A stretch of 64,000 bases of DNA. It comes from Myxococcota bacterium. GTDB lineage: Bacteria > Myxococcota > UBA4151. Position numbers and translations under genes: made by a program. Below the pieces are notes generated by a model, which ran no database searches, was not told where the DNA came from, and saw only the letters and a program-made list of their open reading frames with translations. The stretch spans positions 11,644 through 75,643 of the forward strand of contig JAYZBQ010000022.1 of assembly GCA_036338695.1 (NCBI GenBank). Reading direction: 5' to 3'. Shown here piece by piece: positions 1 to 9,365 of the stretch (position 1 is the first letter of the stretch; each line of letters starts with the position of its first letter).

Positions 1-150
1 CGTACAGCATGGGCGTGTCGTATCCGCCGGCTACCGCAACGCTCGATACGACCAGGTGTAGAAGGATCCCAAGTCCCCGCATCCCTGCTCCCTCCGATGA
101 CCGAACATCGCAGGTTCTACGCCAAGGACCAAGGGCTGGCTTGGGAATCG

Positions 151-1569
151 CTAGCGACGACGCCGACGCAAACCGAACAAGCTGACCAAGGCAAGCCACG
201 ACAGGTCGAGCCCACCCGCGCAACCACAGCTCGCGCCCTCGGGGGTGCCCCAGTCGGGATCGAGCGGCTCGACGTCGCCTCGCCCACTGTCCAAGGGCTG
301 TTGCACATCCGCAGCGGGCGCTGCGTCCGGCTCGGCAGGCCCCGCATCGACAGGCGCGACGCCGCTGTCGGGCGCAGGTGCTGGCGGACCCGTATCGACA
401 GGCGGCGCGCCCGTATCACGTGGCGAGCCGGCGTCAGGGCGCGGCGGCGGGGGCGTATCCATCCGGACCACCCGCAGCGCATCGACGGTGATGTGGAGGT
501 CTCGCCCCTGCTCATCGCCGTTATCGAAAACCTCCACCTTCTGATCCCCGCCAGCGGCGAAGTCACGCACCGCCACGCGCAGCCAGCCGCGCGCGCCCGT
601 CTGTCGCACCACCACGCGCTCTTCACGACCTTGAGCGCGGATAAGGTAGCGCACGCGCTGCGCGACGTTGTGCGGTGGGTTCACGTAAACCTCGATGGCG
701 TAGGAGCCAGCCTGGGCAAAACGCAGGTTCCAGCGCGCCCAGTTGCTCGGCGTCTCGTTCACGAAGGAGTTGGTCCAAAGGTAACTTCCGTCATGACCGC
801 TGCCTTCAACAAAGCGCCAGTACCGCTCGTTGCCCCAGCGCTCAAAGCAGGGGCTCGTCTCTTCGACCACGCCGCCTTGCGCCGGGAGCTCGGGGCAACG
901 CCGCTCCTGCTCACCCACCAGCGGTCGGTAGCTGTTGATGAGCGCCATATAGGTCGGGACGAACACCGGTCGACCGATCGTCGCAACGAGCATGTTGAGA
1001 TCATAATGGAGGTGAATGGTCGTCCCAACGCGGTTCCCTTCAGAGTCAAAGTAGGCGTTCGAGACCTGACCGAGGCGCTGACCACGCTCGACCCGCTGCC
1101 CCACGCGGACAGGGACCGTTTCGGGCGCCATGTGGAGGTAGCGATGTCGCCGCCCTGAGTCGGCGACGAGAAAGACGGAGTAGCTGCCGATGTGCACGAT
1201 CTGCCCTGCCTCAGCAGCTACCGCCCAGTGGACCTTGTCGGCGCAGGTGGCCGGGCGGATGTCCTGACCTTGGTGCCCTGTACCCCCAGGGCACAGCGGC
1301 ATCTCCCAGCGCCGCGGCTCGCAGAAATTATCCGACCAAGGATAGCTGTAGTTGCGCGCGTCGCACTGACCCCCACCGCCACCTCGACTCCCTCCGGGCA
1401 TGTACACTTGGGAGTTGGCATAAGCAGGCGCTCGCTCGAGCGGAAAGCGCATCCCCGGCGCGTAATCGCGCGCATCAACGCGCCCCTCATTGCCCGCTTG
1501 CAGACGACCCGGCGGGTTATACTGAAACCCGAGCAGAGGAAGGCATATGAGCGCCAGCGCCCACCTCAT
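151..1569 (-). CDS. M23 family metallopeptidase with golvesin-like C-terminal beta domain and MYXO-CTERM-like tail
   Basis: Signal peptide; HQGQD (HxxxD) and HLH zinc motifs; 'WARWNLRFAQAGSYAIEVY...VDALRV' domain; Pro/Asp/Ala linker; SCGC + hydrophobic helix + RRRRR C-terminus. Confidence 0.8.
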   Translation of the reverse strand: MRWALALICLPLLGFQYNPPGRLQAGNEGRVDARDYAPGMRFPLERAPAYANSQVYMPGGSRGGGGGQCDARNYSYPWSDNFCEPRRWEMPLCPGGTGHQGQDIRPATCADKVHWAVAAEAGQIVHIGSYSVFLVADSGRRHRYLHMAPETVPVRVGQRVERGQRLGQVSNAYFDSEGNRVGTTIHLHYDLNMLVATIGRPVFVPTYMALINSYRPLVGEQERRCPELPAQGGVVEETSPCFERWGNERYWRFVEGSGHDGSYLWTNSFVNETPSNWARWNLRFAQAGSYAIEVYVNPPHNVAQRVRYLIRAQGREERVVVRQTGARGWLRVAVRDFAAGGDQKVEVFDNGDEQGRDLHITVDALRVVRMDTPPPPRPDAGSPRDTGAPPVDTGPPAPAPDSGVAPVDAGPAEPDAAPAADVQQPLDSGRGDVEPLDPDWGTPEGASCGCAGGLDLSWLALVSLFGLRRRRR

Positions 1570-2099
1570 GGGACTACCGCCAGGTTCATCACCCGCTCCC
1601 GCAGGTGGCTGTCGCTCGAGCAGGCAGGATCCTTAGCCGGCTCGGCACACTCGACGTCAAAGTTGACGCCCGCGCCCTCGAAGGTCGCTGCGATCCCTGC
1701 GACGCCGTGCGTGCGCGACACCACCATCTGCTCGGGGTCGAGCTCGGGCTCATCAAACCCTGGGATCGTGTGCCCGGCATAGCGGACCAACAACACCACA
1801 TGACGCGGCCCCTCACGCCAGCTCAGGCTGTACCATGTAGGCCCCACCACGAGCTGAGCCTGGACGGGAACCGCTGCGGGGACGAGCACCCGACCTTCGG
1901 CTCCGCGCACCGTCTTGAGCCGCTTGAGCCACTCAGCGGGGACGCGCGCACGCGGCACGGTCAACCCCGTGCTCAGCCCACGATCAGCGGGGAGGATCTG
2001 CACAGCGCCCGGCTGTGACGCAGCCCGTTTGTCGCGCGCTTCGTCTGCGCGGACCGACAACGCTCCCAACATCAACACACTGACCATTACGATGCGCAT
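1566..2099 (-). CDS. secreted hypothetical protein, translationally coupled to the M23 peptidase
   Basis: Signal peptide; stop overlaps the M23 start by 4 bp; C-terminal VEC...DPAC Cys pair. Confidence 0.6.
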   Translation of the reverse strand: MRIVMVSVLMLGALSVRADEARDKRAASQPGAVQILPADRGLSTGLTVPRARVPAEWLKRLKTVRGAEGRVLVPAAVPVQAQLVVGPTWYSLSWREGPRHVVLLVRYAGHTIPGFDEPELDPEQMVVSRTHGVAGIAATFEGAGVNFDVECAEPAKDPACSSDSHLRERVMNLAVVP

Positions 2100-2174
2100 C
2101 GCTACACCTCACCAGATTACGTTATCGTACGCCATTGACGCTCGGGTGTCACGTCTCGGGCAACTGCCCGATGC

Positions 2175-2903
2175 TCAGACCAAGGTCATCATCAGCCGGA
2201 TCGCGACGGCGCTCAACACCACGCGGTAGACCAAGCGGAAGCGATCCTTGCTCAAATACTGCAAAAGCCACTTGCCCGTGTACGTCCCCACGATCACCGC
2301 AGCGATCAGCGGCGGCAGCTGCCAGACCATGTCGTCGAGGACATAGCCTGCTACCCCAAACGCAACGATCTTCTGCGCATGGATAAACGCCTGACCGGTC
2401 GCTTTGGTGGCGATAATCTCCTCGTTCTCCCAGCCCTCACGCAGCAAAAACGGAGCGATAATCGGCCCGGTTGCGCCGATCACCACGCCGAGGGTCCCCG
2501 AGAGCGCCCCGGCGATGCCAAAGGCGGCGCGCTCAGGCAGCTGCGCTAAGCCCCCCTTTGGCGCCCAGGCAGCGAACAGGACCACGACCCCAATGATCGC
2601 CTTGGTCACGTCCTCGTTCAACACGTGGACCAGCTGCAGCCCCACGATGGGCAGCGGCAGGGCGATGAGCACGAAGACCTTAAGCGCCGGCCATCGGATG
2701 TGCTCTCGGTAAGCGATCAGACGGGTCGTGTTGGAGCTGAGCTGAATCGCCGCGTGCAGCGGAATCGCCACCTCGAGCGGGAGGCCCATGAGCACCAAAA
2801 CGGTAAGCAAGAAGATACCGCCAGCCATGCCGATCAAGCCAGAGATCGTTGAGCCGACGAAGCAAGCGACCGTCAAAAGCGCAAGGAAGACCGCCGGCGT
2901 CAT
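2175..2903 (-). CDS. sulfite exporter TauE/SafE family membrane protein
   Basis: Multi-TM; 'ISGLIGMAGG' and 'IGATGPIIAPF' repeats typical of TauE/SafE. Confidence 0.85.
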   Translation of the reverse strand: MTPAVFLALLTVACFVGSTISGLIGMAGGIFLLTVLVLMGLPLEVAIPLHAAIQLSSNTTRLIAYREHIRWPALKVFVLIALPLPIVGLQLVHVLNEDVTKAIIGVVVLFAAWAPKGGLAQLPERAAFGIAGALSGTLGVVIGATGPIIAPFLLREGWENEEIIATKATGQAFIHAQKIVAFGVAGYVLDDMVWQLPPLIAAVIVGTYTGKWLLQYLSKDRFRLVYRVVLSAVAIRLMMTLV

Positions 2904-3592
2904 CGTGGCTGTGCGCCCTGCACCAACAACCGATAGCCCTCGCCGCGCACAGTCACCAAGACCTTGGCCCCTCGCTCGGACTCCATGTGGCGCCGCAGCT
3001 TGCTCATCAAGACATCGACCGTGCGCGTCTGGCTCTGCGGCGAGAGCCCCCAGACGCGCTCGAGCAGCTCTGCGCGCGTCACCAGATCACCGCGCCGGTC
3101 GAGCATGTAATCGAGCACACGGTACTCCATGTCCGTCAGATGAACGGGCTCGCCGTGACGCCAGGCCTGCCGAGCGCGCAGGTCGAGCTCCAAGCCGCCA
3201 AGGCTGACCCGCTCACCCGGTCCATGCCACGCTCGCCGCCTGAGCAGCGCGTCGATGCGGGCGATCAGCTCCGGCAACTCAAAGGGTTTGGGCACGTAGT
3301 CATCGGCGCCGACGCTGAGGCCCTCGACGCGCGCCTCGATGGTGCCGCGCGCCGTGAGCATCAGGATCGGCACCACGGAGCCGCGCTCTCGCAACAGGCG
3401 GCACAGCTCGAGTCCATCACCGTCCGGTAGGCCGAGGTCGAGCAGGATCAGGTCAAAAGCTTGTTCACAGACCACGGCCTGCGCCTCTTTGAGCAAGCGT
3501 ACACTACGGACCTCATGACCGAGCGCCGTCAGGCTGACCTCGAGGCTCAAGGTCAGCGTCGGGTCATCCTCGACGAGCAGCAGGCGCGCCAC
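2900..3592 (-). CDS. OmpR/PhoB family response regulator
   Basis: LLLVEDD, LDLGLPDGDG, GADDYVPKPF and winged-helix 'RTVDV...LRRH...TVRGEGY'; GTG start at 3592 chosen, just after the kinase stop. Confidence 0.92.
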   Translation of the reverse strand: MARLLLVEDDPTLTLSLEVSLTALGHEVRSVRLLKEAQAVVCEQAFDLILLDLGLPDGDGLELCRLLRERGSVVPILMLTARGTIEARVEGLSVGADDYVPKPFELPELIARIDALLRRRAWHGPGERVSLGGLELDLRARQAWRHGEPVHLTDMEYRVLDYMLDRRGDLVTRAELLERVWGLSPQSQTRTVDVLMSKLRRHMESERGAKVLVTVRGEGYRLLVQGAQPR

Positions 3593-3593
3593 G

Positions 3594-4583
3594 CTAAGCC
3601 TCCTGTCGCTCAAGCGGGAGCCAGAGCTCGGCGACGGCACCTCGCCCCGTGCCCTCGCTCGAGAGGTGAACCTGACCACCGTGACCGCGCGCGATGGCGC
3701 GCGCGAGCGCCAACCCAAGGCCTGTCCCCGAGCGCCCGGTATCAGCGCGAGAAAACCGACGAAACAACAGGTCCTCGGTCGACGGGTCGAACCCGACGCC
3801 GCGGTCGCGCAGCCCAAGCCACGCCATACCGCCTTGCGCCCGCAGCGCCACCTCGAGATGCGGCGAGGCATCGGAGTAGGTCACTGCGTTATCGATCAAG
3901 TTGTCGATAACCAAGGCGAGCGCGCTGGCGTCGCCATGAACCCAAACCGCCTGGGGGTGCTCAAACGACAGGCTCCCGTCGCGCCCCTTGATCAGCTCCT
4001 CAACGCCCGACAGAGACCGCTCGACCAGCGCCACCAAATCCACCGCCTCCGGCGCAAAGCGCAGCGGCTCGACCTCGAGCCGGCCGGCTTCGAGGACGTT
4101 GGCGACCCGCAGCCCAAGCCGGCGCGTCTCCGAGACGATGGCCGAGGCGAGCTTGGCGCGCTGCGCCGACTCAAGCCCCTCGTTTTGGATCGCCTGAGCC
4201 GCCACTCGGATCGCCGAGATGGGCGTCCTTAGGTTATGGCTCATGCCGGTCAAAAAGGCAGCCTCCGCCTGCCGCAAGCGAGCCTGCGCGCGCAGCCGAT
4301 TCAGCAACAAGATGAGCGCTGACAACACGGCAGCGAAGGCGGCGCTTCCGAGCGTCAGCATAACGATACTCAGGCCACCCCCGCGCGGAATCCAGAGCAA
4401 AACCCAGCCCACGAGCAAGGCGACGATCAAGGCGCCCATGATGACGGTGATCACCAACCCGCCCGAACCGGCCCAGAAGCTCTTTGCCCTCAGCTCGAGC
4501 TCGCTGAGCGCGCCGAGCTCAAGCCGAGCACGCCGGACGCTCCGGTGCGCTGGGGGGCGGCTGATCGGCTGCAACTCCATCAC
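3594..4583 (-). CDS. membrane-bound sensor histidine kinase
   Basis: 2 TM; H-box SHNLRTP, N-box NLIDNA, DRGVG, GTGLGLALA; almost no periplasmic domain. Confidence 0.92.
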   Translation of the reverse strand: MMELQPISRPPAHRSVRRARLELGALSELELRAKSFWAGSGGLVITVIMGALIVALLVGWVLLWIPRGGGLSIVMLTLGSAAFAAVLSALILLLNRLRAQARLRQAEAAFLTGMSHNLRTPISAIRVAAQAIQNEGLESAQRAKLASAIVSETRRLGLRVANVLEAGRLEVEPLRFAPEAVDLVALVERSLSGVEELIKGRDGSLSFEHPQAVWVHGDASALALVIDNLIDNAVTYSDASPHLEVALRAQGGMAWLGLRDRGVGFDPSTEDLLFRRFSRADTGRSGTGLGLALARAIARGHGGQVHLSSEGTGRGAVAELWLPLERQEA

Positions 4584-4598
4584 GGCGCGACCAAGCGA

Positions 4599-5804
4599 CT
4601 ACTCGCTGATATCCGGCAGGAGCAAGACCGACATCGGCTGAATCATGCCGTCGTCTAAATGCCCCGAGACACGCTCGATCGGCACCACGATATGCGCCAC
4701 CACCGAGGCGCCGTAGTCCGTGATGATTCCGTTCTGATTGGGCGCATAAAACCCGACCACATCGGCTTTGATCCGTGACCGGGTCTGTACGGGCGAGGTG
4801 GCGGCGAGGTCGGCGCGCTGCGTCAGGCGCTCACTCGCTTGCTGTCCATCGACCACGTGCCAGACCGCGTTGACGATGTCGCCGCGTAGCCGAAACGGGA
4901 TCGGGCGATCCGTGGGCAGCCCCACTTGACTGATGCGCGCTGCGATCTGCTTGCCGATGTCACGAAACGAGACCTCTTTGCTGATCGCCGAGGCGCGCCA
5001 TCGATCGACCTGCGCCACCGCCATCATCGTCGCCTCACCCGTAGGCTCAGCCGTGAAGAGGTCGGCGACGCGCCCAGCGCTGACCTCGGCCATCCAGGCA
5101 CCACCACCCACAAAGGTCACGAGCCCCGACAAGTCTTTGAGCACCCCCACCCCGACAGTACGCACCGTGGAGAGCTCAGCCAGGTCCAGCTTGGCGCCCC
5201 AGTCGCGGTCCTTGATCAGCGCATGGACGCTGCCGTGGACCTCGGTCTTCGGGACCCGCTTAAACCGCTCATGCTGCGACTCGACGTGCGTTTTCAGCCG
5301 CGCCAGGGCGGCGCCAAAATGCTCGCGCAGGCCGGACTCGACCGACGACGCCATCAACCCACCGAGAACGAACGGCAGCCGCCCCTCGTCGCGCCAGGTC
5401 ACCCGCGTCGAGGTGTCGCCGATCCGCTCATAGGTGATCGAGCCTTTGGCGTTGAGCTCGTCGCTCTCGATCGCTTCATCAAGCCAGATCCCTTCGCCCG
5501 CGTCCTCGCGGGTCATCACCAGCCGACCGCGCCCCATCTTCGGGCCTTTCCAAGCCCACACGGACCCTGCGCCGCGCGTTGCGCCGCTGTAGGCATGCTC
5601 TGCGTCAGGGTCCATGGTGGTGTCCCAGCCGGACCAAGTTCCCCAGCGGCGGAAATCGACCAACTCCTCATGGATCGTCTGCGTCGGCGCCTCGATCACC
5701 TCGGCGACCTCGACAGACCAGACCGGCGCACGCAGTAAGCCGATCGCAGCGACCGCCACGATCAGGCTCACGGCGATGATCGCCACACGCTTAAACCACT
5801 TCAT
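4599..5804 (-). CDS. SRPBCC (polyketide cyclase-like) domain fused to an acetolactate-decarboxylase-like domain
   Basis: N-terminal anchor + 'DFRRWGTWSGW...GAGSVWAWKG' SRPBCC; C-terminal 'GVGVLKDLSG...PIPFRLRG...VVGFY...AHIV...SGHLDD'. Confidence 0.6.
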   Translation of the reverse strand: MKWFKRVAIIAVSLIVAVAAIGLLRAPVWSVEVAEVIEAPTQTIHEELVDFRRWGTWSGWDTTMDPDAEHAYSGATRGAGSVWAWKGPKMGRGRLVMTREDAGEGIWLDEAIESDELNAKGSITYERIGDTSTRVTWRDEGRLPFVLGGLMASSVESGLREHFGAALARLKTHVESQHERFKRVPKTEVHGSVHALIKDRDWGAKLDLAELSTVRTVGVGVLKDLSGLVTFVGGGAWMAEVSAGRVADLFTAEPTGEATMMAVAQVDRWRASAISKEVSFRDIGKQIAARISQVGLPTDRPIPFRLRGDIVNAVWHVVDGQQASERLTQRADLAATSPVQTRSRIKADVVGFYAPNQNGIITDYGASVVAHIVVPIERVSGHLDDGMIQPMSVLLLPDISE

Positions 5805-5818
5805 GACGACCCTTTAGC

Positions 5819-7909
5819 TCAATACAGTGCGCGTACTCGCACTGACTTCGAGGCAACTAAAGCACAAAGTTCAGCGGGCGCCTCGAGGTGGCAACCGTCC
5901 TCGTCGGTAATCTCGGCGACGCTGCCGTGTCCGCTGCGCAGACCACCGAGCCAGGCGCGCCGGTCGCTCACGTAGAGGATGTCGCCGGGCTCGAGGCCGC
6001 CGAGCGCGTCGGCGAGCGCACGCGAGACGCGCAGGCTCGCCCGCCCCATCGCATCGCTCCCCAACGCCGCCTCACGCACGCTCGCTTGCGCCCAAGGCGT
6101 GTGCCGCTCAACGCCGGGCGCGCCCTTGAAGTGAGCGAGCGCGTCGGAGACGGTGCCAAACACCAAGCCCTTGAGCTCCTCGAGCGGGCGCGCCTTGGTG
6201 AGCAGCGTCACGGTCACACCGATCCCAAGGCAGACCACCAACCCAAAGAAGCCGCGCATGAACTTGTACTGGTTCTTACCGTCGAACAGGCCGTCGCCTG
6301 CATCCTTCATCGGGACGCCGTGCGCAAAGGGCGTGATCAGCTCCGGAAAGAGGATGGTCGCAAAGATCGCCAAACCACCGCCGACCATCGTCCAAACGGC
6401 TGCGGTCGGCGTAAAGCGCTTCCAGAAGATGCCGAGCAGCAGCGCGATCACCAGCGGTGGCGTCACCGCTGCGGTGAACGCGCCGTGTGCGGCGTAGATC
6501 GAGCCAAAGCTCGCAAACACCGGCACCAAGGCGACACCGAGCACCGTGATCGAGACGCTCGACCAGCGCGCCACGCTCAGCAGCTTGCGGTCATCAGCTT
6601 GCGGATGACTCGGCTTATAGATGTCGTTGACCACGATCGCTGCGATCGCCGTAATCAGCGTATCGACGGTGGACATCAGCGCCGCCGTCAAAGCCGCCAT
6701 GACCAGACCAAAGACGCCCGGTTGGGTAAGAAACTCGCCGGCGATGAAGAAGGCCTCTTTGGGGGCGATGTCACCGGGCAGGTACCCGGCGTGAACCAGC
6801 GCCTTCGCGACCCACCCCCCGCTCGCCACCACCACCGCGGCGATCGGCATGAGCACCAACATCATGGTGACCACGGCTTTGCGGCTGTCCTCGACCGAGC
6901 GTGCCGAGAGCAAGCGCATGACCATGCCCTGGTTTAGAAAGTAGAACATGGCTGAGTTCGCCATGGCGTCCTGCCAAAACACACCGACGGCAGGAAACGA
7001 GGGGTCCTCGTTGTACACCGGAAACGCGAGCCGATGCTCACGCGGAAGGTGCTGCCAAAACTGATCAAAGCCCCCGAGGTGATCGATCCCGAGGATCAGC
7101 AAGATCAGCCCCGTCGCCAGCAACATGGCGCCTTGAAACAGGTCGGTCATGATGACCGAGGTCTGCCCGCCAAAGGTCACATAAACAGCCGAGATGCTCG
7201 CAACCAAAACCGCCGCGTAAAAGACCGGCCAGCCCAACAGAATGTTGAGCGCTTGCCCCATGGTGAACAGATTGATGCCCACGTAGCCAATAAGGTACAC
7301 GAGGAGCAGCCACGTGCTGACCTTGCGCGCCGTCGGTCCGAACCGCCGATCAAAGAACTCCGGGATGCTGACCACCTTCGAGAAGTACAAAAGAGGCAGC
7401 CAACCAAAGAGCAGCAGCGGCACCCAGAGCCAGTCGTTGAGGTAGGTCTGCGAAGACCCGAGCCCGTAGGTAAACGCCACCTTCGAGTATTTGACGAAGC
7501 TGTACGAGCCGATGGTGGTCGCAACCAAGCTAAAGGCGATCAGCCACCACGAGAAGCGTTGCCCCCCAAAGAAGAAATCCTTGGTCGATTTGTTGTGTCG
7601 CCCAAACCATGTCCCGATGACGAGCATCGCCAGAAAATAGATCACCATGATGGCGTAATCGAGGGAGGTACCCAGGACCTTCTGGCGCTCCCAACCGCCG
7701 CGATAAGGGACTGCGTCGGCTTCGGTCATCGAGCCGTACTGCAGGTACCCTTGGACGCCGACGAAAAAGAGCAGACCGCCGAGACAGAGCAGCAGGTTGC
7801 GCAGCGGCCGGCCCGAGAGCCCGAGATACCCCTGCCTCATCGCCAACACCAAACCGAGGGCAAAGACCGCTCCGCCCACGGTATACTGGTAGATAAAACC
7901 GTCCATCAT
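5819..7909 (-). CDS. sodium:solute symporter (SSS) family transporter
   Basis: DFFFGGQ, SIPEFFDRRFG, FGGQTSVIMTD, AALMSTVD, NDIY motifs; extra N-terminal TM hairpin and C-terminal soluble extension. Confidence 0.9.
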   Translation of the reverse strand: MMDGFIYQYTVGGAVFALGLVLAMRQGYLGLSGRPLRNLLLCLGGLLFFVGVQGYLQYGSMTEADAVPYRGGWERQKVLGTSLDYAIMVIYFLAMLVIGTWFGRHNKSTKDFFFGGQRFSWWLIAFSLVATTIGSYSFVKYSKVAFTYGLGSSQTYLNDWLWVPLLLFGWLPLLYFSKVVSIPEFFDRRFGPTARKVSTWLLLVYLIGYVGINLFTMGQALNILLGWPVFYAAVLVASISAVYVTFGGQTSVIMTDLFQGAMLLATGLILLILGIDHLGGFDQFWQHLPREHRLAFPVYNEDPSFPAVGVFWQDAMANSAMFYFLNQGMVMRLLSARSVEDSRKAVVTMMLVLMPIAAVVVASGGWVAKALVHAGYLPGDIAPKEAFFIAGEFLTQPGVFGLVMAALTAALMSTVDTLITAIAAIVVNDIYKPSHPQADDRKLLSVARWSSVSITVLGVALVPVFASFGSIYAAHGAFTAAVTPPLVIALLLGIFWKRFTPTAAVWTMVGGGLAIFATILFPELITPFAHGVPMKDAGDGLFDGKNQYKFMRGFFGLVVCLGIGVTVTLLTKARPLEELKGLVFGTVSDALAHFKGAPGVERHTPWAQASVREAALGSDAMGRASLRVSRALADALGGLEPGDILYVSDRRAWLGGLRSGHGSVAEITDEDGCHLEAPAELCALVASKSVRVRALY

Positions 7910-7990
7910 CGCTCCTCAACGCCCTCAAGCGACCACCCGCTGGGCGAGGCGTCAATACCTCCGCTGCACACCGACCCGCCTCCGCTCAAC

Positions 7991-8728
7991 TCAGCGCCTC
8001 ATCACGACCGGGTCGCGCTCAAGCTTGGAGAGCAAGAAGGCGCAACACACGCCCGCTGCGAAGCCGCCAAGGTGCGCGCCGTAAGCAACCCCCGACCCGA
8101 CGCCTGCGAGCTTTGGCAAGAGGTTCTCAGCGACCACGTAGAACAACAAAACCCAGCGTGCGCTGATCTGAAGGCGCCCGACGTAAAATGGAAACAAGAC
8201 CACGAAGAACTTAATGCGGTGCTCGGGAAACAAGATCCAATACAGCCCCAAAACAGCGCTGATAGCGCCCGACGCGCCGATCAAAGGAACCGACGGGTCC
8301 GCCGCCCACAGCCCATAAATCACGCACGACGCGGCGCCGCCGAACAGGTACACCGCCAGAAACTTCATGTGACCAAAGTAATGCTCGATGTTGTCTGCGT
8401 AGATGTACAAGAAGAGCATATTCCCCACGAGGTGCATCAGCCCGCCGTGCAGAAACAAGCTCGACGCGATGGCATCGAGGCGGAACTCGGCCATCCGAAA
8501 TCCGTGGTTGTAGACCATCAGATCGTAGGCTGACTGCTGGCTCGAGAGCCCCTTGAGCATGCTGTACTCAAGATAGGCGTCACCGCCCGTTGCGGTCCAC
8601 ACCAGGGGCGCCTGCGCGGCGGGTACGGTGATCAGGAAGTACACGGCGCAGTTCACAGCGATCAGGAGCCAGGTCATCCAAGGGACGAAGCGCTCGGGGT
8701 TGGGTTCATCGCCGTAAGGTAAGAACAT
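7991..8728 (-). CDS. rhomboid family intramembrane serine protease
   Basis: FLHGGLMHLVGNM, IGASGAI (catalytic Ser), AHLGGF (catalytic His). Confidence 0.92.
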   Translation of the reverse strand: MFLPYGDEPNPERFVPWMTWLLIAVNCAVYFLITVPAAQAPLVWTATGGDAYLEYSMLKGLSSQQSAYDLMVYNHGFRMAEFRLDAIASSLFLHGGLMHLVGNMLFLYIYADNIEHYFGHMKFLAVYLFGGAASCVIYGLWAADPSVPLIGASGAISAVLGLYWILFPEHRIKFFVVLFPFYVGRLQISARWVLLFYVVAENLLPKLAGVGSGVAYGAHLGGFAAGVCCAFLLSKLERDPVVMRR

Positions 8729-8820
8729 CGAAGCCGCCAAACCCTAGCAATTCGGGCACGGCGCTCTTAGCTTAAAGTCCGAACCGGCGTCAGACCCAAA
8801 CCCCGGAGTAAGGAAGCCCC

Positions 8821-9255
8821 ATGCAGCTGCTGCTCATGCGCCACGGCGAGGCAAGCTACACACTCGGCGCAACGGACAAGGAGCGACCGCTCACCGACCG
8901 GGGCCGCGCCGAGTCGGCACGCGCCGGCGCCTGGATCAAGGCGCAAGGGCTCACGCCCGAGCTCATCCTATGCTCCTCGGCGCGCCGGACCCAAGAGACC
9001 CTGGCGGCGCTGGGGCTCGACGCGCCCAGCGTGATCGAGGATGCGCTCTATCTCGCCAGCGCCGACGAACTGCTGGCGCGCGGGCAGCACCACGCCCGTG
9101 ATCACCAACGGGTCCTCGTGATCGCGCACAACCCAGGCTTGAGCGCGCTCGCCTCGGAGCTGGGCTCCGAGCGCATCGGCATGGGCACCGCCGACCTCGT
9201 CGTCTTTGACCTAAGCGACGGCGCGGCGACACGCCTCGCTGCCTTTCACGGCTAG
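8821..9255 (+). CDS. sixA: SixA-like histidine phosphatase
   Basis: RHG, RPLT, SSARRTQET and HNPG motifs. Confidence 0.85.
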   Translation: MQLLLMRHGEASYTLGATDKERPLTDRGRAESARAGAWIKAQGLTPELILCSSARRTQETLAALGLDAPSVIEDALYLASADELLARGQHHARDHQRVLVIAHNPGLSALASELGSERIGMGTADLVVFDLSDGAATRLAAFHG

Positions 9256-9365
9256 CCCGCCCACCGGCCGAAATGTAAAGAAGCGTAAACATTGCGCGCT
9301 CGCGCCTTCCCGTGCGCGCTCGCCTGTGGCTTCAAGCGCCAGCATCTCCTGGGAGACCGAACGCC

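Noticed and set aside
97..1158. 353-aa plus-strand ORF
   Set aside because: Antisense to the well-supported M23 peptidase; Arg-rich shadow ORF
7034..8533. 499-aa plus-strand ORF
   Set aside because: Antisense to the SSS transporter and rhomboid genes; no motifs
7991..8728. Rhomboid as a sorting enzyme for the C-terminally anchored proteins
   Set aside because: The tails look like MYXO-CTERM rather than GlyGly-CTERM, and nothing in the sequence links this rhomboid to them
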